A stretch of DNA of 61,293 nt, the filler included, from Sphacelaria rigidula (lineage: Eukaryota): the NCBI GenBank assembly GCA_964200075.2. It is 7 parts of 7 records of this genome, joined end to end, with 100 filler letters (N's around TTAATTAATTAA, not from the genome) between each part and the next. Parts side by side here need not be neighbours in the genome. Positions count along the whole stretch, not along the records: positions 17,543 to 26,213 come from CAXNAA020010436.1; positions 26,314 to 34,983 come from CAXNAA020010437.1; positions 35,084 to 43,753 come from CAXNAA020010438.1; 4 more parts are not named here. The stretch is one strand, 5' to 3'. The translations under genes and the position numbers were made by a program. Each line of letters opens with the position of its first letter. The first letter of the stretch is position 1. This document shows positions 24,350-36,038 of the stretch, piece by piece. The notes beneath the pieces are model-generated. The model did no database searches, was not told the DNA's origin, and saw only the letters and a program-made list of their open reading frames with translations.

Positions 24350-25680
24350 TGTCACAACTTTTATTGCGCCAACATATCAGTCATATGACACGTAGTTCGA
24401 CCGATGCTAGGTGGTTACACACACATTAAAGGACTTGACGCAAAAAGAAACAGTACCAGGCTGCTTCAGGGTGCAAAATTGATTCTCCATTAGATACAGA
24501 ACGCAAAACTGACCCGGTAGGAACATATTTGGTGTCATGGGTCAATACTACGAGCAAGCGAACGATGTGACATCACAGTCTTTTTTCCTGCTTCCTTTGC
24601 AGTGGCGCTGGTATTGCCGATGTTTCTCGGCCAATCGGGGGACCTTTATATCGTTCTGAAATCACAAACGCGATCTTCCGACTCAACTTGTACCCAATGT
24701 CGTCAAAAATCAAGTCCAAGGGGTGCCTGTACAAAGTTTCGTTGCGTACCTCGAAAAGCTTATCCCAAGCAGTCGATATGAGCTGAAGGGTACAAGGAAA
24801 ACGTCGGTTGCATACCATTATCATGTCACTAGGGGGATTCCGCATATATTTGTATACTTTAACGCACATATGGGCGATTACTCACGCCATTTTTCCGAGT
24901 CAGACCATGGAAGTTACCACACGGGTGCTCCGAGATATTTCGAAAGCTGGTACACCGCCTCCTGGGACCCGCAATATCTGGCGAAAAATACATATATTTA
25001 CACAGCCTTTGTAAAATATTTCAGAGCATCCGTGTAAACAGTCTCAGAGCCTACCTCGAAAAACGGCGTGAGTAACCGCTGGGGACAAAACTCCGGTCGT
25101 TCAATCTGAACCAGTCTGCAACGTCTGTCGTAATAACGCCCAGTCCCTGTAGATGACAAAAATGCTCGTTTCCACGAGTAATGCCGGTGTGGTTTTTGGC
25201 AAGGTCCAAGATAGATATCTCAATGATGAAGCTCCGGCATACGATTTTTCACTTTTCCTCTTCAGCAAAATTGGGACAAGAACCCTCTCACCAATCCTAT
25301 ACCAACACGAAAAAACAGCGGAATCTTTCGCTTTGAATGATGGTCACCATGATGCAAGTATTCCCCACTCTCGTTTTTCTCTAGCGAACGTTACCGTTTT
25401 GTTTACATTGACTACCACTACATTTCGACCACAGCTGGGTCCCTTTAGGGTCAGTTACGTGCGACAATTGAAATCGTGGACAAGAAAGTCCTCGAGATCT
25501 CATCCATCGCTCCGGCTCCGGCGCGGCTGCCGGGACGCATACTACATTGTACACTTGCGCTGTATCATGGTTTGTCACTATCGCCAGCAGTGTGAGACTC
25601 CAACTTCCCGAAAGAAAACCCCACGACCAATAGAATTCTCCTGATCGTTCGGGCTTCTGAGGAAAAGGGTTTTCCAAGGT
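24350..25680 (-). pseudogene. Highly decayed IS630/Tc1-like DDE transposase relic
   Basis: Motif remnants in order across shifting frames: ARTIRRILLVVGFSFGK, RDFLV, GDHH...DSAVFSCW, ILDLAKNH (like ILDNAxYH), PP..EL.VI*LICW (like PPYHPELNPIELIW). Confidence 0.4.
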
Positions 25681-26704
25681 TTCTTGTAACCTGCTCCGTG
25701 ATGATAGCCATAGATAATGGGAGCAATGGGAAGAAACTCAGGGAGGGAGAGAGAGAAGACAACACTCTACTGAACGGTACCGTTCTGCATCGTTCTGCAT
25801 CGTCCTATCCTGTACTGTGCCTTGTTCGGCTTTGTCCATCTATATACATGTACCTTCAGGGCGAGTTCTCTGTTGTGGATTGGCATAGTTATGACTCGAA
25901 AGATGAACGGCAGACCCAGATGACCCACCGTGAAGTATCACAGGTTCAACGCTTTTCAAAGGTCTCGTGTATCATGATCATTGGTGGTGCCCATAGAGGA
26001 AAGGAAGGAAAGCAACGGGGGGAGAGATGAGACAACACTGTAGTCGAATATACTCACACTCAATGATAGATACATGTAAGCAGGCCTGGATGCGAGGGAA
26101 ATGGATTTTATGATTAGACCATGACATATGGGTGAATGACGAGTAATGAGATGAAGTTCTATTATTAAAGGAATACCGGTATTGATGGTAACAGAGAGGA
26201 TACGTTGAGGGGANNNNNNNNNNNNNNNNNNNNNNNNNNNNNNNNNNNNNNNNNNNNTTAATTAATTAANNNNNNNNNNNNNNNNNNNNNNNNNNNNNNN
26301 NNNNNNNNNNNNNGCCGGCGTATAGGAGGGTCCGTTTCATCACGGTGGCCTCAATACACTCGCAGCTAGTTCGTTCGAGGACTGGTCAGCTCGTAAGTCA
26401 CTGAAAATTGAGCACACATGTTTTTTTTCTTGGAATGTGGAGCGGATGCGAGTATTCTCGGATCCCCAATGTGATGAGCGGTGGCAAGCAAAAGAGCACA
26501 AGAGGATCGTCAACTACGAAAAAATCACAAAATGAATAGTTAATACAATACAAGAAACAAATCCTGTGCGAGATCTTCCTCTTACGTGACCCCGGCTGAT
26601 TCGCCCTCACGTACCGAACGGTGTAGACTGGCGTCCAGAATACATGTGATGGCAACACACGCATACTTTTGCCTATCGCCTTAAATACATATAATCAGTC
26701 AGAC

Positions 26705-28955
26705 TTACAGAGTGCCATTGTCCACGACCTTTGTCGTTTTTGTTGCCCAGTACTCATCGATCGCGTTGCCAACAGGGTCAGTATCTAGCCACTCCATTTG
26801 GAGTATGACTTGACCCCCCGGAGAAACTACTGTTGCAGATCGTGCGCCGAGGACGTATGAGCACCATACCGGTTGCACTTGATCGCCGCCGTAGGGGTGC
26901 CCCGGGAGATAGTCAACAAGGAGAGCCTGCGTCAACCATGAGTCGCACGAAGTTGCGGGAGAGGTTCAAGGGCGGAGCGGGGCAAAACTCTTGCGTCTCC
27001 GCCGCTGTTTCACCATACCTCTATCATAGAACACACAACAGGGCGCGGGGGGGGGGAAGCTAAAGAGGGAGTTGATGCAACAGAATGGGACGGTTTTTCT
27101 TTCGCGGCATGCTTTTTGCTGATACCGCGACATGTACCCACAGAAAGGTTTTACGTAAAAAGCAGAAGATCGAGGTGTTCAGCACGATACAGTACAGCAG
27201 TGCTGCACAAACATTTCGCGTGCAAGTCTTTCCATAGTCTCGGTGAAGCTTCACGCCCTCCACCCTCCTCACAAAACAAACGCAATATGGCGCAAAAACC
27301 GCGAATCATCACTCACCTGTGAAGGATGTGTGTAATTCTGGATCCTAGCAACCATATTCAAGCGATCTTGATAAGTTAGGGGCTGACGCACGACGCTCCA
27401 CGACGAGGTCCAGACAGTGCCCACGTCAAAGTTGGTATCGGGTAGCATCGGGTGCGGCTCCGGGCCGTATAGGTGCACGAACGTAGCGCGATCTTTGTAT
27501 TTCTCCACCTACCGCCCGCGACAGCATGGATGGAATGGACACGATGGGGGCGTCGATGGACGATATGAAGGGTTGGGGAGTCGGAGTAAAGAAGACTTGT
27601 AGAGCGGTGCGGTGGTTGGGGTTCGAGGAGGGACGTCGATTCGCTTAAAAAAACATCGCATATTATGCATGACGTTTATTGTGGTCGGGTTTTGAGCAAA
27701 ATCAGTTCGAAGTGTGTGTGTGTAGTCATCCCATTTATTCTGGACGTCGGTCTACACCTTCCGGTATATGTGGGCGCACCAGCCGAGGTCACACAGGGGG
27801 AAGGCCAACACAGGAGTTTTTTTTTTTCTTCGTTTTAGTTCTCCACCTTCCTTCTGCGGCGCTTGCCCTTATTTTTTTATCGCGAAAGAGGTTCAGCGGT
27901 CCCTTTCCCGCGTCGAACGTCAAGCCGATTTTTTTCGTGTACCCACGACATGGTCGCTTTCCACTGTTGGGCACTGTGTGGGACAACACCCCAGGTCTCT
28001 CCGAGACTCTAACCCACAACCCAACCGTCAGAGGGTTTCGAGGTTTCCAAATGAGCCACCGGGGGGACCGGCTCCGAAGTGGGTACAAGAAAATCTTGCC
28101 AAGGTGTATTACACATAGTCGTGGCAATTGTCCAGGCTCAAGGTTAGCGCCACATAACGGCGGAAACCGCATCGTACATGGTCAATGTTGTGTAGTAATC
28201 GGTTAGCCAATCCTTTCTTGTAGAGCATGTTTTTGCCCCTGGGCTGATCGAATGTATCAGCCGACATTGGCCAAAATACAGCACATATGCGCAAATCCAC
28301 CCGAGGAGAAGCAAATCATTTTTGATTTCGCTCAAGACGGGGGCCTAGGGGTAACAAAAAAAACATCGTTCGCTGTGCCAAGGAAGTAATGTAAAGTCAG
28401 GTCGTATCTTGAGCCAAACTTGGAACCCGACTTCTTGACTGTCTAGAACAACTGAAGTCCCTGGCGGGCGGATCTGTGATCCGCAGGTCCATTTAATTTC
28501 TTCTTTTGTTCATCGATTTTCGGGTAGACGTTCCGTTCTTCCGTTCTGATGGTTTCAAAAAAATAAAACGAACCGGCGAACGGGAATATACCCCGGACTA
28601 TGGCGGTTTTGCAGCGACCACGTTGTGCGGCTAGACACACGAGGCCAGGATGCACACAGCATTACACCTACACCGTGTGAGCGATCGCAGTACTGCTCCC
28701 GATGCAACAACACGTACACCGAAATGTAGCTCTTGGTTGCCTGTGCTCGGCGTACGTTTCTTTTTTCCGGGTTGAGTCCGACAAGAAGGACTATATAAGA
28801 ACCGGTGTCTTCGTTCCCACGACGCGGTCAAGGCATACACAAATGCAAAACGGTGCGCACACACGTCTGTTTCCATTTAAAATTTCGAGATTCTCTCCGT
28901 GGTGTTCATCGCTTACTTGACCGATTTTCGTTGACTGAAGCCTATTCAACGTAGC

Positions 28956-28997
<42 letters not shown>

Positions 28998-31900
28998 ACG
29001 GTTGAATCAAGGCGTCTGTGCTTGGGGCCTCTACGGATGCTGGCAACAGCAGCTGTACATCGAGGAACCTCTACCCTTCGCATGGGCCCGTGGAACGCCC
29101 TCCAAATAATTTCCGCGTAACGTGACTGAGGTCCCGTAGCATATCTTGCTCGGTCACGCTACCGTTCATCCCTCCGGTTATTTGTCTGTGTGGGCCAACA
29201 TCCCCCCCCCCCCCAAAACAAACAAACAAACAAATCGAATCGGAACATAAAAGTTATCTTTGCAAAATTCGGGCTACATTAGCCTTTGAAGTGGCTATGC
29301 ACCAGCGGGCTGCCCTTTTGCTGTTTAATTTTTTTATCGGAAGGAGTTTCAGAACTGTTGTTTTTTTTGGAGAGACAAGGTCTACGTAAGACAACAGACC
29401 GCTACTACTCATATACCGCGCATCGTAGGATACCTGTAGATGAACCGATGGACCACGGTCAGCGGCATGGCCGTCTCAGGACAGAATATCGTTGACCGGT
29501 ACATCACAGTAGCTGTGGTTGCGCAAATCGTAGTACATGCGTACGGTCGGGACACAAAGCTGTTGCTGAATATCCGGACAGCGTGGCGTATTTGGCAGGG
29601 GTGGATGTGCAGTAGGCGGTGCGTACTTGTGTGCTTCGGTGGTGCTGTGACTTCGCGTCCTACACCTAGGCTTGGGGAACTTCTGCCCTCCACACCCCAC
29701 GCGCAACTGATCAAGACAAGTGCGATTTGACACACACACACATAAATACATGACAGGCATATAAATGGGGCGGTGAGCGTTTCCCCCTCACAAATCCCCG
29801 CCGCTCAAGCGAGAGCTCGAGGCGTTTAATACCGGGTAAGGGATTGAGACCTCGGTCGGGTTGTGCGTCTTGAACACTTGAGGCAAAGGGATGCCTTACA
29901 GCCCGCTCACTCAACAAGCATAAACTGTTTCAACCGCCTACACTTCAAAAGATCAGACGCCGTTTTCGCACGCACCAGGTCTACTAGCGACCATGTACGC
30001 CTACGCTACCGCCATCCTCCAGAAAATGGCGGGACTGCTAGGGATGGGATCCTCGAAACAGACGGCCGTAAGCTCCAAAACAGTGAAGACACGATGTAAG
30101 AAGTAATTTCACAGAGATTTCGGGATCCATGCGACGGCTGGCCTACGATGCTGCATACGAATATATTTGTATAGAGTTCAACCCGAGCGTGCTTCTATTT
30201 GACGAAACCAACCTGACCGCACCGGGGTACCTTTGCCGTTTGCGCTTCTTATATGGTTGTAGACGGTTCCTGTGTCCTCCCTCTAAAACCGTGATCGTCT
30301 GCAAAAAATGAGGCGTCTGGCCCTGGGATAGGAGGGAACGATTTCAAGCATCGGAGATGAAAGAGTTTAATCTACCCCAGAAACGCGAAGGTTATCTACC
30401 GTTTTGGCTCTCAGCATACGAACGACGACCACTATAAACCCTTACACCCTACCCCATGGTTAATGGCAACTTGTCACCCCGGGGATAGATTCGTTTTATC
30501 TCCTTCTCGAACGCGCCAAGGAGGGGTATTATCTGATGTTTTGGTGTAGTAGCGTACGAAGGACGACATTCCTGGGGACTGGAGAAAGCTATCACTACAA
30601 CCGATATCTCCCACCTAATTATATTTACGATGACTCCCCACCTTTCACACCGCGCGGATAACAGTATTTCCTCCCCTCTCTAAATACGCTTAGGAGCCTG
30701 TTAGCTATGATTTTGGCTCGTAACGCGGCGATGCCTGTGAGGCCCGGAAAGGCGCTCATTATTTTCCCCTGTAATCTTGTGACAACTCCCCACCCCATCC
30801 ATCATCCCGGGAACAGGGGATCCTGAATACAGGAAATGAGATTTTCTTGTGGGAAGGAAGTAAGGTCGAAACGCGTACTCGTGAAGCCGAAGAGCAGGCA
30901 GGCGGTGAATAATCCTTCGAGTACGGTGTCGTACCGTGGAACCCTAGGGTAATACAGTGCAAGACACTCCATCCTTACAGTATATGGTAGTGCCGTGTAG
31001 TAGTACATCATGACACAGTCGGTATTGCGAGAGCAGTGAACAATGTGTGAGAAGAGTTCAGTAGTGCAGTGTCATACATCACCCTGCAAGTACAGCGACA
31101 ACATAATACTAGGACAGACAGTATCGTTCGTTATGGTGATACATATGGCAGCGCAGTGCAGCATAAATATTACCATCGCTGCACGGGACGGCGTCAACGC
31201 TTATTATTTACTTATCAACCCCCGTGCGAAGCTGCTTCAGGAGCTGGGGCGGGCAGGCACGCCCTGCGCTGCCACGATACTGTCTTCTGCTGCGGTTGCA
31301 AATTTTCAAACACCTTACTCTACCATCGTACGTCAAGGTACGGGCGTCACCTCCCTCAAAATCGTGAGGACCTCAGCTTTCGTTCTCAAATCGTGACATC
31401 CCGATGTTCGCTTCCCCCATCTGGTCCATATTGTCTTTCCCTTGCTCAAAAAAATAAATCAAATGACCAACCATCCATCCATCCATCCAATTAATTAATT
31501 AAATTTATTTATATATATATATTGTATTGGGGTCTGTAAAATGCGTTTTCCGATTTTTGGTCCCCCGGTCTGCGTACAAATCGAGATTGGTGACTGCATT
31601 AAAGTCGGTCTAAGGCAAGCAACAAATAAGTACGCCCCCCTCCCCTCCGGGGATATGACCATTTCATCCTCTCTCCAATACGCTCGGGGGGTCTTGTCTC
31701 GGCAGGTGTATATATCTGCCTGTACAGGCAGATTCGCAGAACCTGCCTGTACCACAAAAACAGTTCCACAACACGTTTGAGCAGACCTGCTGGTCTAAGA
31801 ACGAACACATTTTTGAATTCGCCCGCCACCCTCAATAGAGACAAAGCATCATAATGCGAACAGACCACCACATGTACAGATGGGTTGTTTTTGGTAAGTA

Positions 31901-34122
31901 CCGCTCAAACATTCAGTACTAGAATGCATACGGTGGAAACTGTAATGTACAGTATTGCGATGACCCCAGCGTGTATTGTTCACAAAGGCCCTAAACAAGC
32001 CAAACTTGACCGTCTGCGCAGATGTAGGATGAAAAAACTCGCACTGCTATTCTTTTTGTATCTGTTACAGTCGCTGCACCCACTGTAATGTTTTCCACAA
32101 CCGTGCCAGCCCTCCCCACACACCCACACCTGTGTTGAGGCATGTGACGTCTGGGGAGGATGTATGTACCGGAAACGAACAATTTGTACAAACATGAGTA
32201 GATGGTTTAGCACACTCTATCCGTCGAAACTGGAGCGCATGGCCCCCATGACTGAAGTCTCCTGCCATGATACCTCGACCACCCGGGTGCAGGGATTACA
32301 TTAGATAAAAAAAGAAGAGCAGTGCGAGTTATTTTATCCTACACATGCGCAGACGGTAAAATTTGTTTTGTTGAGGGCTTTATGAACAATGCACGCTGGA
32401 GTCATCGCAATACATTATCCACCGTATGCGTTTTGGTCTGTATTGCGAACAATGTTTGCTGTAGTATAATAGTGCTGTACTGACCGTGTGAGGAGCATTT
32501 ACCAGATAACCCGTCTGTACATACAAGAGCAGATGGATTGCCTGCCCGCCAAGCGTGTATGATGAGTTGAAGGGCTGCTGGTGAGGTTCGTCTCTCTTTC
32601 TCTCTGTGTGTTTGTGGCTTGTAGTACTGTGCGTGTACATGTGGTGGTCTGTTTGTATGATGCTTCGTCTCTATTTAGGGTGGCGGGCGAATTCAAAAAC
32701 GTGTTCGTTGTTAGACTCAGGACTGGCGGGTCTGCTCAAATGTCTTGTGGAACTGGTTCTATGGTACAGGCAGGTTCTGCGAATCCACCTGTACAGGCAG
32801 ATATACGCCGGCCGGTCTTGTCCACGATTTCTTGGCATGTAACTCACGAATGACTATACCCCAGTGGACGCGAGAGATATCCCTGAAATATCCACAGCCT
32901 ACGAAAAGCTGGCCAGGCGGACCATTTTCTACATTCCGCCTCATTTTCTCGGATATGGGTCCAAAGTATTCAAGCCCCGACGGCCGTAGCTGCTGGAACC
33001 CTCATCTAGCGTTTGCACCAGCTCGTGTGACCCAATTCAAACAATAGTTAGGCCGGTGCCAATAACTCGATTTTGTATAATCGATTTCTGGGTTGGAAAT
33101 TTTGATAAAACTATCTGGAATACCTGGACTTTGACACGCCAAATTTACAAAATGGTCATGATCGACATTTTTTCGAAATTCTCACCGAGGATTCGGAGCC
33201 TCCTCTATATTTTCAATCGAACGGAGGTTGGACTACATTTCTCATCTTCATTTTCAGTCATATTCCCCAGCACATTACACTAACCTACCTGATCGTGGAT
33301 TTGCCCCTGCCCCTATACATTCCCTAAGTCAACCCCATCGATCAGATAGGGCCTACGAGGCGGTATGTACGTACATGAAGCGACCACGGCCGGTACACTG
33401 CTGCTGCATTTCATGTATTTGCTCAAGCGTCCGACAAAGCGTCGGACGAAGCGTCGCTGGTTCGAATCACGATTTTTGAGGCCTGATTGCTCGAACGAAA
33501 TGAAAAAGTTTACCGCGGATAAGACATGTCTCTGCGCAAATGTTGCGCATTTCCACGCGGTGCGCGTACCTGGGTTGCAACGCTGAAAACAACGCCCATC
33601 TACTGATACTCACGGTATAGAGTAAATCAATGACGATATTAAAATCAAGTCATTCTCAGATGAATCACCATTTCCTCCGATCCCTCAATTTTTTAGTGAA
33701 ACCAACCACATGTGACTGAATCTTACCAGTTCGTACTCATCCCAGTGGGCCCACTTTTCGACCTGGTCAGGTGCCGCCGCTCCCTGATACCGAGGGCAAG
33801 TAGCCATGCCCCATATCATCACGACAGGCAATCCTTTCTCCTGTAAAGCATCGCTCAGCCGCCAAGCATTTCCCTGCAAGTCATGAAGAGCGAAGTCTAT
33901 CGCATTTCCCCCCTCCGGTATCAAGATATGCGGGGTCCCTCCGTATCCACCCTCGATGCTGTTGCCAGGGTCAAAATTACGTCTCGGGAATTCGAAGCAG
34001 TTAGTCGTGAGGTGTGACTCGGGCCGCAATTCTCCTCGTACGATGCCCAAGAGAGTGATCCCGCGCAGCCATAACAATCCCGACAGGATGTGCTTAAATA
34101 TTGGAGCGGGTTCGCAGGTCAT
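26705..34122 (-). CDS. Iodothyronine deiodinase-like (thioredoxin-fold) protein, Cys-type, 3 exons, ~269 aa
   Basis: Exons 34122-33727, 27508-27317 and 26926-26705 (TAA), all phase-0 GT-AG. The joined protein has a hydrophobic N-terminus, AIDFALHDLQG...LSD...PVVMIWGMATCPRY, ELVEKYKDRATFVHLYGPEPHP, RQPLTYQDRL, LLVD and VVSPGGQV, colinear with deiodinase motifs PLVLNFGSCT(U)PPF / ADFLxxYIEEAHP / QHRxLEDR. The start ATG is inferred. Confidence 0.78.
27722..28073 (-). mobile_element. tRNA-derived SINE, near full length (in intron 1 of the deiodinase-like gene); partial opposite-strand copy ~26550-26660
   Basis: Head with A-box TGGCTCATTTGG homologous to 1-58; 3' end abuts a (TG)n run; GACGTCCAGAATA-like 3' segment recurs at ~26625-26655. 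Confidence 0.6.
28958..28995. repeat. (AG)n microsatellite
   Basis: Visible GA run. Confidence 0.9.
31700..32812. mobile_element. Foldback element with long imperfect inverted arms
   Basis: 31700-31878 is the reverse complement of 32634-32812, and ~31945-32065 is the reverse complement of ~32300-32418. Confidence 0.75.
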
Positions 34123-34864
34123 GTGCGGTTTGTAGCTCCAGGCAACAACGTTACGATGTATACCACTCCCTTCACGTCACCCGAGAGAGTACTCGACTGT
34201 CTCAAAAACTACGCTGAACGGCATCAACTGGCGATAGCAGTTACTCAACTTTACAGATCAAGGCGGTCTCTCCGGCGACACACCTCACGCGTGATGATAC
34301 CCTCTTGCACACCTGGCCCTTGTATATACAAGAAAGAGATACCGTGCCGTGAAGATGGACAAACAAGAAGTCATTTTCTAATCTGGATTTTCATGTCCAT
34401 TGGTCGTAATCCTGGTTGATATCTTGTGGTGCAGCCTCCTGCATGACGCGCTGCAGCGGACGCAAGAAAGGCCAATCTCATACGCTCGAGGGGACGAAAA
34501 CACCGATGGCAACTTAATGACTCTAATTTTTCAGCCTGTGACGAGTAGATCGCCATCTCGTACGGACCGTAGGAGTAGACAAAGCAGCGGAGAAGGACTC
34601 TGATCACGCATTCACCCATGTCTACCGAATCGACACCAACCGTACGAAGCGCAACCGTACAAAAAGGAGTAAACGAAAACAACAGTAGTTGGACCGCCTA
34701 CAGCTCGCAGATCGATCCTTTCAAGGGGAGGTCGCCCGCGCCAGAGGAGCGAAATTCTACTCTATAGCCCTGTTCAAGAAGCGAACAGTTTGCCCATTGA
34801 ACCAGTGAAAAGTCACTCGTTTAATGGGTAAGGCCGTGTATTAGGTCCATTATTATCGAAGATC

Positions 34865-34983
<119 letters not shown>

Positions 34984-35718
34984 NNNNNNNNNNNNNNNNN
35001 NNNNNNNNNNNNNNNNNNNNNNNNNNNTTAATTAATTAANNNNNNNNNNNNNNNNNNNNNNNNNNNNNNNNNNNNNNNNNNNNAAATGCAATGATGACCA
35101 CTACCAGCGTCTGCACGCAGGCTAGATGATGGCCGCGGGTGTACAAATCCCCAGGCTTTTTTCATAGACTAAAAGGTGGGGTTCTGAAAACTGATTTCTC
35201 TGGAGAAAGTCTCTGAGAAAAGTCGTCCAAAATAACTTTTCCCAGAGAGTTATTTCCGTCTATAAGAAGCGGCCTTTGCAGCGCGCAAACAGTCCTCGAG
35301 TTCTCTCAACCCCGTTTGCAGAGAGAAGAGAAGTCTTTACTACAGCATAAACCCTCTCATACTATCGTGAGCACGGGTCTGAACAAAGCAACTCATGCCA
35401 TATAGGCAACTCCACCGGAAGAAATTCAAAACATAAAATCGCACACACCACAAAAAACAAAAAAAATCCACCCAACACTTAACGAACCCCCCCCCATCCC
35501 ATGACACACGAGGTCGACGGTCTTACGACTATGGCATGCAAGATCATGAGTACACCCCCCCATGACACGCCAACTACACGCTGCAGCAGTAGAAGCACAG
35601 ATGACTAACCTTCATCATCGTTCTGACCGCAGGTCGGAACACAGGGATTAAACGGTCTAACGTGACGCGACAATCCGCCCGGTCCGCCCGGGAAAAAAAA
35701 AAAAGAGGCCAAACTAAC

Positions 35719-35988
35719 CTCAAAGCCCTCTCTATGGCATTGCTTAGGCCAGCTCCTGTGGGCTCCGGCGAGGTGATATGGTGTGCATCCCCGGACGCAC
35801 CGTACCCCGCGATCTCGCAGTAAATCTTAGCTCCTCGCGCCTGCGCGTGCTCCAGCGACTCGATAATCAGCACCCCCCCACCCTCAGCCATCACGAAGCC
35901 CGATCGCTCCGCATCAAATGGTCGGCTCGCGGCCTGAGGGCTGCAGATCGTTCATGTCAAGGCGGCGGAGGCGGCGGCGGCGGGGGGG

Positions 35989-36038
<50 letters not shown>

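Noticed and set aside
33790-33830. Selenocysteine recoding in the deiodinase-like gene
   Set aside because: The active-site codon is TGC (Cys), and the spliced CDS has no in-frame TGA.
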